Part shown: piece by piece, positions 56,646-64,000 of the stretch | How the letters are laid out: each line of letters opens with the position of its first letter | How positions within the stretch are numbered: the stretch's first letter is position 1 | Assembly (NCBI GenBank): GCA_964548885.1 | Contig: CAZJSQ010000001.1 | Span: forward strand, 52,782 to 116,781 | Source: an uncultured Gammaproteobacteria bacterium | GTDB lineage: Bacteria; Patescibacteriota; Patescibacteriia; Patescibacteriales; UBA12465 | Direction: 5' to 3' | DNA length: 64,000 bases | The notes under the pieces: model-generated | Seen by the model: the letters and a program-made list of their open reading frames with translations, nothing else | What the model was told of the DNA's origin: nothing | Databases searched by the model: none | Made by a program: the position numbers and the translations under genes

Positions 56646-56677
56646 CAAAGGGTCTGACTAAAACAGACCCTTTTTTA
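56646..56677 (+). terminator. Rho-independent terminator
   Basis: AAAGGGTCTG-ACTAAAA-CAGACCCTTTTTTTAT (8-bp perfect stem plus T7). Confidence 0.8.
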
Positions 56678-56699
56678 TATACTTTAGTTTTTTATTTTC

Positions 56700-56728
56700 C
56701 TTGACAAAAATATAAAAATATTATACAA
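56700..56728 (+). promoter_or_regulatory. Sigma70-like promoter (TTGACA, 17-nt spacer, TACAAT)
   Basis: Near-consensus elements lie ~40 nt upstream of the GT4 gene at 56770. Confidence 0.55.
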
Positions 56729-56769
56729 TGTATTTACAAATGTCCAAAAACATTATATAATAATTTGTT

Positions 56770-57885
56770 ATGAGAATCGCATTTATCGGACAAAAAGGCG
56801 TGCCGACTCAAAACGGCGGCGTCGAAAGATACGTAGAAAGCCTGGCCCTTGACCTGGTAAACAGAGGGGTGGAGGTTTTAGTATATTCTCGTCGCTATTA
56901 TAGCCGGGGCATTAAGGAATATAAAGGCATTAAAGTCATTTCCTTGCCCAGTATCAAAAGTAAAAACCTGGAAGCGATTTTCAATACTTTTTTAGCCTGT
57001 TTTGACGTTGCTCGGCGTAAAGTTGACGCGATTAATTTTCAAGCCATCGGCCCGGCTTCTTTAATCTGGCTGGTTAAAATATTTAAACCGAAGACGCCGA
57101 TAATCTTCACTTTTCATTGTCGAGACTATTATCATAAAAAATGGGGGTTCTTCGCGCGGTTCTATCTGAAATTCGGAGAAAGGATCGGCTGCCGCTGTGC
57201 GGATAAAGTCGTGGTCACTTCTCGAGTCTTGAAAGAATACGTTAAAAAAACGTATGGCTTTGATCCTATTTATATTCCTTACGGCGCTTATGCTCAAGAA
57301 ATTATTCCGGTTAGAGACATCAGACGCTGGGGCTTGGAAGAAAAAAATTATCTGGCCTATATCGGCCGTCTAGTCCGTCATAAGAATGTCCACCTCTTGA
57401 TTGCCGCTTTCAAACAGATAAAAACCGATAAAAAATTAGTCATCGTCGGCGGTTCTTCTTATACCGATAATTATGTCAGGGAATTAATGGACTTGGCTAA
57501 AGATGACGAGCGGATTATCTTTACCGATAATCAGTCCGGACATATCTTAAATGAATTATTCGCCAATACTTATGTCTTCGTCCAGCCGTCCGAATATGAA
57601 GGCCTGTCGGTCGCGCTTCTGGAAGCTATGGGCTGGGGCTTAGCCTGCCTGGTCAGCGATATCGACCAAAATCTCGAAGGGATTGAGGGTACCGGCCTGA
57701 GCTTCAAAGAGGGCGATGTTCAAGATTTGAAAGAGAGGCTGGAATATTTATTGGCTAATCCGGCTGAAGCAGAACGCTTAGGTCGAGCGGCTAGAGAGAG
57801 AATTAAAAATGAATATAATTGGCCCGGAGTCGCTTCCCAATTGGAAACCGTCTACCGCGAGGCCATTGCCGGCCGGAAGAAATAA
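56770..57885 (+). CDS. Family 4 glycosyltransferase (GT4)
   Basis: YVFVQPSEYEGLSVALLEAMGWGLACLVSDI matches the GT4 EX7E motif. Length is 371 aa. Confidence 0.85.
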   Translation: MRIAFIGQKGVPTQNGGVERYVESLALDLVNRGVEVLVYSRRYYSRGIKEYKGIKVISLPSIKSKNLEAIFNTFLACFDVARRKVDAINFQAIGPASLIWLVKIFKPKTPIIFTFHCRDYYHKKWGFFARFYLKFGERIGCRCADKVVVTSRVLKEYVKKTYGFDPIYIPYGAYAQEIIPVRDIRRWGLEEKNYLAYIGRLVRHKNVHLLIAAFKQIKTDKKLVIVGGSSYTDNYVRELMDLAKDDERIIFTDNQSGHILNELFANTYVFVQPSEYEGLSVALLEAMGWGLACLVSDIDQNLEGIEGTGLSFKEGDVQDLKERLEYLLANPAEAERLGRAARERIKNEYNWPGVASQLETVYREAIAGRKK

Positions 57886-58004
57886 AAATCTTCCGCCTTG
57901 CCGCCGGGTGATTTATAAAAAAAATCGTTCGGCGAGAAGGAATGGTCCTTTTAAAATTGAATAGTAAAAATTAATAGCAATAACCAATACAAAAGAATCA
58001 TGCC

Positions 58005-58559
58005 ATGCAAAGATTAATTAATGTTTTGTCGAAAATGGAAAGACAAGTCAGAATTTCCAAACGGCTCCTATGGAGTAGCTATTTCCTCGTTCTCTGCGCA
58101 ATTGTGTTGTTCTTCACTTCCTGTGAACAAAATTGGCCGGAATTAACCCCGACCACCCCAATCATACCCGAAGTGCCCGTCGATGAGTGCATTATAAGTT
58201 TATACCATGCGATAACAACGGATGGTAAATCCCAGGATACTCTCGGGATAAATATCGCGTACGTCGAAAAGGCGTTTAGCCCAGGAAAATGGTTTATGAG
58301 CGGAGATTATAATGCTTGGCCAACTCCGGTTAACGCTCCGGCTATTACCAAAACAACAATTATAAACGGTAAGACCTACCTGATTTGGGGGTCAATCGGT
58401 CAAATCGGGTTAGAGAAATGTAATGGCGGAAAATATCTGGCAGATGGATCTAGCAGTTGGTTTTTCGCGCCGAAATCTATCTATTGGCACGTCAATCCTG
58501 CCGGTGGAGGTGAATTCTGGTTCTATCGTAAAACGGCCGGAGTCTCTAATAATCCATAA
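58005..58559 (+). CDS. Hypothetical lipoprotein / secreted protein
   Basis: A TM/signal region with a possible lipobox (FFTSC). No known motifs. Length is 184 aa. Confidence 0.45.
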   Translation: MQRLINVLSKMERQVRISKRLLWSSYFLVLCAIVLFFTSCEQNWPELTPTTPIIPEVPVDECIISLYHAITTDGKSQDTLGINIAYVEKAFSPGKWFMSGDYNAWPTPVNAPAITKTTIINGKTYLIWGSIGQIGLEKCNGGKYLADGSSSWFFAPKSIYWHVNPAGGGEFWFYRKTAGVSNNP

Positions 58560-58584
58560 ATACCCTACCAGGTACAAAAAGAAT

Positions 58585-58615
58585 AAAGCCCCAGCTTAAC
58601 GCCGAGGCTTTTTTA
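58585..58615. terminator. Bidirectional intrinsic terminator (imperfect stem AGCCCCAGC/GCCGAGGCT plus a T-run)
   Basis: Sits between the convergent lipoprotein and corA genes. Confidence 0.5.
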
Positions 58616-58636
58616 TTTCTCTCGTAAAATTTTTAT

Positions 58637-59596
58637 TTAAATCCATTTCTTGCTCTTAAAAAACATCAGCATCCCGATGGAACAAAAACCCATTATACCC
58701 AAAATCGTCCAGAAACCCAAAGGATGTTCAACAAAGGGCATATATTTGGCGTTCATCCCGAAAATCCCCGCGAGTAATGTCAGAGGAAAAACAATAACCG
58801 AGAATATGGTCAGAGTTTTCATGATATCGGTCATCCGGTCGTTTAAAATAGATTCATTGGTGCTGTTTAGAACCTCAATCATCTCTTTTTGGTTATCCAG
58901 CATTTCCCAGATACGTTTTGAATTCTCCACCAAGACGGAATAATATTTTTTTATCGCCGTTTTTTCAACCAGGCTGCTTTCCATTTCCATCAGACTCTGG
59001 AGGATATTCTTGTGATTCTGCATGATTTTTCGGATATTGATAATATTGCGCCGGAAGGTCATAATCTTCTCCACGGCCTTTTTCTGCTGCCTCGCGAAAA
59101 TCAATTCTTCTATCTCGTTTATCTTCAAACTACTGTCATCAAGCAATTGGAAACAGTCGTCCAAGAGATGCCCCAAGACTTCATAAAGGAGTATGGCCGA
59201 TGATTCCAGAGAATAAGAAAGCAGGGAATCCGGACTTTTTTTCCCCAAGGAAAAGAAATGCGTCAAGGCTTTTAAAGTATTATTATGGACGGTTATCAGA
59301 TACCCGTGGCCGATAAAAAAATCAACTTCGCCGGCGACTATATTCTCGCCTTTAAGAGTCGGGAAGTGCAGAACCAGACAAATATAGTCATCGCCCTTAA
59401 AAATCATCGGGCGCTGGAAAGAAACCGAAGAGGCCGCCGCCTTTAAATGGGCCAGATTAAAATTATAATTCCGGCGCAAGTAATCGATCTCATCTTTGCC
59501 GGCGTTGACGATGTTTACCCATTTGACGACCGGCACCGTCCGAGGATTGTCGATTTTAAGTTCCTCAATCCTGTCGGTCAGTCTTTTATAAGCCAT
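58637..59596 (-). CDS. corA: Magnesium/cobalt transporter CorA family
   Basis: Two C-terminal TMs with a GMN motif (AGIFGMNAKYMP) and an acidic cytoplasmic N-terminal domain. Length is 319 aa. Confidence 0.8.
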   Translation of the reverse strand: MAYKRLTDRIEELKIDNPRTVPVVKWVNIVNAGKDEIDYLRRNYNFNLAHLKAAASSVSFQRPMIFKGDDYICLVLHFPTLKGENIVAGEVDFFIGHGYLITVHNNTLKALTHFFSLGKKSPDSLLSYSLESSAILLYEVLGHLLDDCFQLLDDSSLKINEIEELIFARQQKKAVEKIMTFRRNIINIRKIMQNHKNILQSLMEMESSLVEKTAIKKYYSVLVENSKRIWEMLDNQKEMIEVLNSTNESILNDRMTDIMKTLTIFSVIVFPLTLLAGIFGMNAKYMPFVEHPLGFWTILGIMGFCSIGMLMFFKSKKWI

Positions 59597-59653
59597 AAAA
59601 ATTAAAAAATAAGAAAAATAAAACTTTGACTAAAGCTAATATTTATAATAAAA

Positions 59654-59690
59654 TTAGGGTGTCATTATGAAGAATTTAGGGTGTCATTAT
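59654..59690 (+). repeat. Direct repeat TTAGGGTGTCATTAT x2 (7-nt spacer) in the promoter region
   Basis: Two perfect 15-nt copies lie 9 nt upstream of the ATG at 59699. A related ATGGGGTGTCCCAT sits upstream of the HlyD operon at 19304-19317. Confidence 0.7.
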
Positions 59691-59698
59691 TATAACAT

Positions 59699-60892
59699 AT
59701 GGTCAATATTTTGGGAATAAATTTAAGCGCTTTGAACCGCGGCGCCGCTCTCCAAAAGATCGGGGAATTTTTAAGCGACGGCCGCCAGCATTATCTCGTC
59801 ACTCCGAATCCGGAAATAATCCTTAAATCGCATCAAGACGAAGAGCTTTTTTATATTTTAAATAAAGCCGATTTATCTTTAGCCGACGGTTTCGGCATCA
59901 AGCTGGCGGGGCTTATCGCCGGTAAAAAAATTCCTCGTCTGACCGGCGCCGACTTGACTTTAGACTTACTGGCGCTCGCGCGCGAAAAGAAATTAAGAGT
60001 CGCGGTCTTAAATCGGGAGGGAGGACTTTCCCAACAAACGGCCATCTATGACGCCTTGGCGAAAAAATATCCCGGCTTGGAAACATTAGTTATTGATCAT
60101 CATCGCCATCAGCCGCTTAGCCATGAACTGCTGGAAAAGATAAACGCCTTCGCGCCCGTGTTTTTTTTTAATACTTTCGGTTCGCCTTATCAGGAGAAAA
60201 TAATTTACCACAATCTTGACAAGATGCCGAGCGTTAAAATCGCTCTCGGCGTCGGCGGCGCTTTTGATTTCATCACCGAAAAAATAAAACGAGCGCCGAA
60301 AGCGATGAGAATTATCGGTTTGGAATGGCTCTGGCGCTTAGCGCAGCAACCAAAAAGGATTAAGCGTATTTACAACGCTACTGTCGTCTTTACCGTAACT
60401 TTATTTCGCTCCAAATTCAATCATTTCTTTTATCGTCCTTGCGTCGCCTGTTTCTTATATAAAAAAGGCAATGGCGAAACAGAGGTTTTAATAGTCGAAA
60501 GAGAAGACGACCGCGGTCATTGGCAGTTGCCGCAAGGCGGAACCGACGGCGAGGCTTTGGCAGAGGCCGGCGCTCGAGAATTAAGAGAAGAGCTTAATAC
60601 CGATAAATTCGTCATGGAAGCGGTTTTTAAGAAAACTTATAGTTATCTGTTCCCGCCGGTCAGCCAGCAGAGCCCCTTATCCCTGCAGCGTCGTTTTATC
60701 TTTGATTATAAAGGCCAACGTCAAGGACTGTTCATCGCCGAATTCTTCGGGCGCAATGAAGATATTAAGGTTAATTTTTGGGATCATGCCGGCTGGCGCT
60801 GGGTCGATATCCATGATTTAGTCGCCAGTGTTCATGAGTGCCGCCGCGAAGCCACTCGAATATTCTTAGCTAAATTCAAGTCTTTAAAGTAA
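59699..60892 (+). CDS. Fusion protein: WecB/TagA/CpsF-family glycosyltransferase (GT26) N-terminal domain plus a C-terminal NUDIX hydrolase domain
   Basis: GT26: ILGINLSAL...VTPNPEII...ADGFGIKLAG...GVGGAFDFITEKIKRAPKAMRIIGLEWLWRL. Nudix box: PQGGTDGEALAEAGARELREELN (the E-x7-REUxEEL pattern). Confidence 0.75.
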   Translation: MVNILGINLSALNRGAALQKIGEFLSDGRQHYLVTPNPEIILKSHQDEELFYILNKADLSLADGFGIKLAGLIAGKKIPRLTGADLTLDLLALAREKKLRVAVLNREGGLSQQTAIYDALAKKYPGLETLVIDHHRHQPLSHELLEKINAFAPVFFFNTFGSPYQEKIIYHNLDKMPSVKIALGVGGAFDFITEKIKRAPKAMRIIGLEWLWRLAQQPKRIKRIYNATVVFTVTLFRSKFNHFFYRPCVACFLYKKGNGETEVLIVEREDDRGHWQLPQGGTDGEALAEAGARELREELNTDKFVMEAVFKKTYSYLFPPVSQQSPLSLQRRFIFDYKGQRQGLFIAEFFGRNEDIKVNFWDHAGWRWVDIHDLVASVHECRREATRIFLAKFKSLK

Positions 60893-60912
60893 TAAGTCTT
60901 GATTATTAATAA

Positions 60913-62397
60913 GTGTTAATTAATACATATATGTTTTCTTTCTTATTCGGCCATAAAAGTACAAAACCCCGCCTGCGCTTCGCCCCCTCTCCGACCGGTT
61001 TTTTGCATATCGGTAATTTTCGCACCGCTTTATTCGGCTATCTGCTCGCTAAAAGCCAAGGCGGTGATTTAATATTACGGATTGAAGATACCGACCAAAA
61101 AAGAGAAGTGACCGGCGCGACCGAGAGTTTAATCAAGGTTTTGAAAATTATGGGCCTAGAATTTGACGAAGGCCCGCATATCGGCGGTAAATACGGCCCT
61201 TATATTCAAACTCAACGCTTGGATATTTATCATGAATACTCCGATAAATTATTGGCCGAGAATAAGGTCTATCGTTGTTTTTGCAGCGAAGAGAGATTAA
61301 CGGAAATGCGCGCCGCCCAGGAAGCGAAAAAAGAAGCGCCGCGCTATGATAGGCGCTGCCGCGATTTAGACGCCGGCGAAGCGGAAGCGAAAATCAAGGC
61401 CGGAGCCAAATTCGTTATCCGCCAGAAGATGCCGCTTAACGGGGAAGTGAAAGTCTATGACGAACTTCGCGGCGAGATAATTTTCAAAGCGGCCGATCTG
61501 GACGACCAAGTTTTGATAAAATCCAACGGCATCCCGACTTACCAGTTCGCTAATATCGTTGACGATCATTTGATGGCGATAACGCAGGTGACGCGCGGAG
61601 ACGAATGGCTCGGGTCATTTCCCAAAAATATCTTATTATACCGCGACTTCGGTTGGACCCCGCCAAAATTCATCCACATGCCCTTGATTTTAAATAAAGT
61701 CGGCGGCGGAAAATTGAGCAAGCGCAAAGGCGATGTCTTCGTGGAAGATTATCTGGCCAAAGGCTATCTGCCGGAAGCGCTGATTAATTTTTGCGTCCTC
61801 CTGGGCTGGCATCCGAAAAGCGATCAAGAAATTTGGACACTGGCGGAACTGAAAAAAGAATTTTCGCTGGCCGGTATGGGCGCGAGTCCGGCGATTTTTG
61901 ATACGGCCAAATTGGATTATTATAATAGTTATTACCTGCGCCAAAAATCCGTCGCCGAACTGACTAAGCTCTGCCTGCCGTATTTGGAGAAAGCCGGCCG
62001 CGATATCGGCGACTTAGAAAGAACAGAAAAATTCACAGCCCTGGCGCAAGACCGCTTGAAGATTCTAAGCGAAATCGCAGCGGCGACCGATTTCTTATTT
62101 GAACTGCCCGCTTACGCGCCGGAATTATTGCGCTGGAAAAACTTGACCCCCGAAGAAGCAAAAACTAATCTGGCGCGTTTGAAACCGGAACTGGAAAAAA
62201 TTAATGAGGGTAATTGGACTAAGGACTATTTAGAAATGACTATAATAGACTGGATAAAGGCGGTCGGCGGCAAAAACGGCGATTATCTGTGGCCCCTGCG
62301 CGTCGCTCTGACCGGACTAAAAAATAGCCCGAGCCCGTTTGAAGTCGCGGACGCTTTGGGCCGAGAAGAGAGCTTAAGGCGCCTAAAATTAGCCTAA
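60913..62397 (+). CDS. gltX: Glutamyl-tRNA synthetase
   Basis: RFAPSPTGFLHIGNFRTALF (HIGH region) and KLSKRKG (KMSKS). Length is 494 aa. Confidence 0.92.
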   Translation: MLINTYMFSFLFGHKSTKPRLRFAPSPTGFLHIGNFRTALFGYLLAKSQGGDLILRIEDTDQKREVTGATESLIKVLKIMGLEFDEGPHIGGKYGPYIQTQRLDIYHEYSDKLLAENKVYRCFCSEERLTEMRAAQEAKKEAPRYDRRCRDLDAGEAEAKIKAGAKFVIRQKMPLNGEVKVYDELRGEIIFKAADLDDQVLIKSNGIPTYQFANIVDDHLMAITQVTRGDEWLGSFPKNILLYRDFGWTPPKFIHMPLILNKVGGGKLSKRKGDVFVEDYLAKGYLPEALINFCVLLGWHPKSDQEIWTLAELKKEFSLAGMGASPAIFDTAKLDYYNSYYLRQKSVAELTKLCLPYLEKAGRDIGDLERTEKFTALAQDRLKILSEIAAATDFLFELPAYAPELLRWKNLTPEEAKTNLARLKPELEKINEGNWTKDYLEMTIIDWIKAVGGKNGDYLWPLRVALTGLKNSPSPFEVADALGREESLRRLKLA

Positions 62398-62444
62398 ATA
62401 ATAATATTTACAGAAGATAGAAAACGTGGTATAATTAAAGGACT

Positions 62445-63683
62445 ATGAAAATCTTAAAAACTCATCTTCTAAAAATCGGTCTCTTACTGGCGATTTTTAT
62501 CGGCCTGATTTGCGTCGCGCCTTTGACATTCAGCCAATACGGAAGTTTGGATGATGAAATAAATGCTTTAAATCTAAAAATCCTGAACCAAAAAAAACAG
62601 TTGGAAACTCTGCAAGAGCGCCAGCAGGAATATCAAGTCCAGATAGAATTAAAACGAAAAGATAAAATAAATCTTAGCAATCAGTTATCTATATTAGAAA
62701 ACCGTTTAGCCAAGGCGCAACTGGACATTGAGAGCGTTAATATTGAAATAGACAAAACAGGACTGGAGATAAAAAAAATTGAGATTGACAGCGATAATTT
62801 GGATCAGGCGATTGAAAAACAGAAAACCCACATCGCCAATCTTTTACGCTCCATGTACAGGCAGGATCAGATTTCCACTCTGGAGATTTTGCTTTTAAAC
62901 GATTCCTTGTCGGACTTCTTAGACCAAGCCCAATATTTAGCCGACACTAATAAAAAAATCGGAGAAAGCTTAAAAGGCTTAAGAGCCGATAAAAGCCGCT
63001 TGGAACAAAATAAGGCGGCGCTCGACGGGAAAAATACGGAACTGGTCGGCTTAAAAGACAAACTGGAAGAAAAGAAAGATAATTTGTCTTATGAACAGGA
63101 GAATAAAACTTATATTTTAGAAGAGACCCAATCTTCGGAAAAGGAATATCAAGCCTTACTGCAGCAGGCGAAAAGGGAACAGCAACAGGCGGAAGCGGAA
63201 ATTGCCAGCGCCGAACAGCTTATCCGCCAAAAAATGTCTCAGAAAGACAAGACCAGGCTCAACAACGGCAATAATACGATTGCTTGGCCGGTACCGGTCA
63301 ATACCATCGTCGCCACTTTCCACGATCCTGATTACCCGTATCGTAATATTATCGGGGAACATTCGGCGGTTGATATTCGCGCCAAACAGGGAACGGCGAT
63401 TACGGCCGCGGCCGACGGCTATGTCGCTAAAGTTAAGTTTAACGGCGACAGAAGCTACGCCTATATCATGCTTATCCACGGCAACGGCTTAGCCACGGTT
63501 TACGGCCATGTTTCCGCGGTTTATGTCATGACCGATCAATACGTTACGCAGGGACAGGCGATAGGCCGCACCGGCGGTACTCCGGGCGGCATCGGCACCG
63601 GCGGTTTTTCCACCGGACCGCATCTTCATTTCGAAGTCCGTTTGAACGGTTTGCCGGTCAATCCGCAAGAGTATTTGCCGTAA
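62445..63683 (+). CDS. M23-family metalloendopeptidase with an N-terminal coiled-coil (EnvC-like murein hydrolase activator/peptidase)
   Basis: Signal anchor, a ~230-aa coiled-coil, and the C-terminal M23 motifs HSAVDI...YGH...GPHLHFEV. Confidence 0.85.
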   Translation: MKILKTHLLKIGLLLAIFIGLICVAPLTFSQYGSLDDEINALNLKILNQKKQLETLQERQQEYQVQIELKRKDKINLSNQLSILENRLAKAQLDIESVNIEIDKTGLEIKKIEIDSDNLDQAIEKQKTHIANLLRSMYRQDQISTLEILLLNDSLSDFLDQAQYLADTNKKIGESLKGLRADKSRLEQNKAALDGKNTELVGLKDKLEEKKDNLSYEQENKTYILEETQSSEKEYQALLQQAKREQQQAEAEIASAEQLIRQKMSQKDKTRLNNGNNTIAWPVPVNTIVATFHDPDYPYRNIIGEHSAVDIRAKQGTAITAAADGYVAKVKFNGDRSYAYIMLIHGNGLATVYGHVSAVYVMTDQYVTQGQAIGRTGGTPGGIGTGGFSTGPHLHFEVRLNGLPVNPQEYLP

Positions 63684-63712
63684 AATTTACGACTGTCAGC
63701 GCTTAAAAATAA

Positions 63713-63740
63713 AAACCCGATTATAGAAACCGGGTTTTTT
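63713..63740. terminator. Bidirectional intrinsic terminator
   Basis: AAAAACCCG-ATTATAGAAA-CCGGGTTTTTTG. Confidence 0.6.
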
Positions 63741-63759
63741 GAAAAATATCGAATTAATT

Positions 63760-64000
63760 TTAATCTTTCAGCGGATGAAACTTCTTTTGCACTCCTTGGG
63801 CGTAAAGATCGGAGGCGTGGACATAGCGCGTCGTGGTGTCGAGCGATTCATGGCCGAGTAAGACCTGGATCGCGGCCGGATTGGCGCCGGCTTCGGCTAA
63901 ATAAGTGGCAAAACCATGGCGCAAAGAGTGCGCCGAAGTCGGGACGTTAATTCCTAAAATTTCCCGATATTTTTTTATCTTGGCTTGCAAATAATTGGTG
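63760..64000 (-). CDS. Tyrosine recombinase / integrase (XerC/D-like), C-terminal catalytic portion; the gene continues beyond the window edge
   Basis: HSLRHGFATYLAEAGANPAAIQVLLGHESLDTTTRYVHA carries the R...HxxR...Y catalytic signature of tyrosine recombinases. It is truncated by the window end. Confidence 0.8.
   Translation of the reverse strand, partial: TNYLQAKIKKYREILGINVPTSAHSLRHGFATYLAEAGANPAAIQVLLGHESLDTTTRYVHASDLYAQGVQKKFHPLKD

Overview
This is a gene-dense (~90% coding) 64-kb bacterial chromosomal window with most genes on the + strand. By eye the background is roughly mid-40s % GC; I did not compute it. Housekeeping genes are interleaved with many hypothetical secreted or membrane proteins. 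Clear calls: rsmI, metG, cvpA, tsaC, an S41 protease, pyrG, a GerMN protein, a GT2 glycosyltransferase, kup, a CspA-family cold-shock protein, a DEAD-box helicase, purC on the minus strand, a HlyD/ABC (MacAB-like) efflux operon, a P-type ATPase, a large single-chain purL, a PyrD-family protein, uvrB/uvrA/uvrC, a SIMPL protein, a HAD hydrolase, rplJ-rplL, a cell-surface glycan cluster (O-antigen-ligase-like, two GT4, a Wzz-like protein, a GT26-Nudix fusion), corA, gltX, an M23 peptidase and a partial tyrosine recombinase at the 3' edge. Gene content (GerMN, DUF4012-like, truncated Uvr proteins, many small secreted proteins) is reminiscent of an uncultivated Patescibacteria/CPR-like bacterium; this is inference only. 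The most unusual feature is a visibly AT-rich five-gene operon at ~2.37-6.75 kb inserted between metG and cvpA. It encodes an HD phosphohydrolase, a radical-SAM-like protein with an atypical Cys cluster, a nucleoside 2-deoxyribosyltransferase (SLOG)-like protein, a PRTase-domain protein and a CYTH protein. I flag it as a candidate undescribed nucleotide-modifying or nucleotide-centric conflict (defense) system. Other notable points are a second CYTH paralog, a GT26-Nudix fusion, a streamlined UvrABC, a probable frameshift in a poly-A tract, and a repeated GGGTGTC-containing motif upstream of two operons. No rRNA, tRNA or CRISPR arrays were found.
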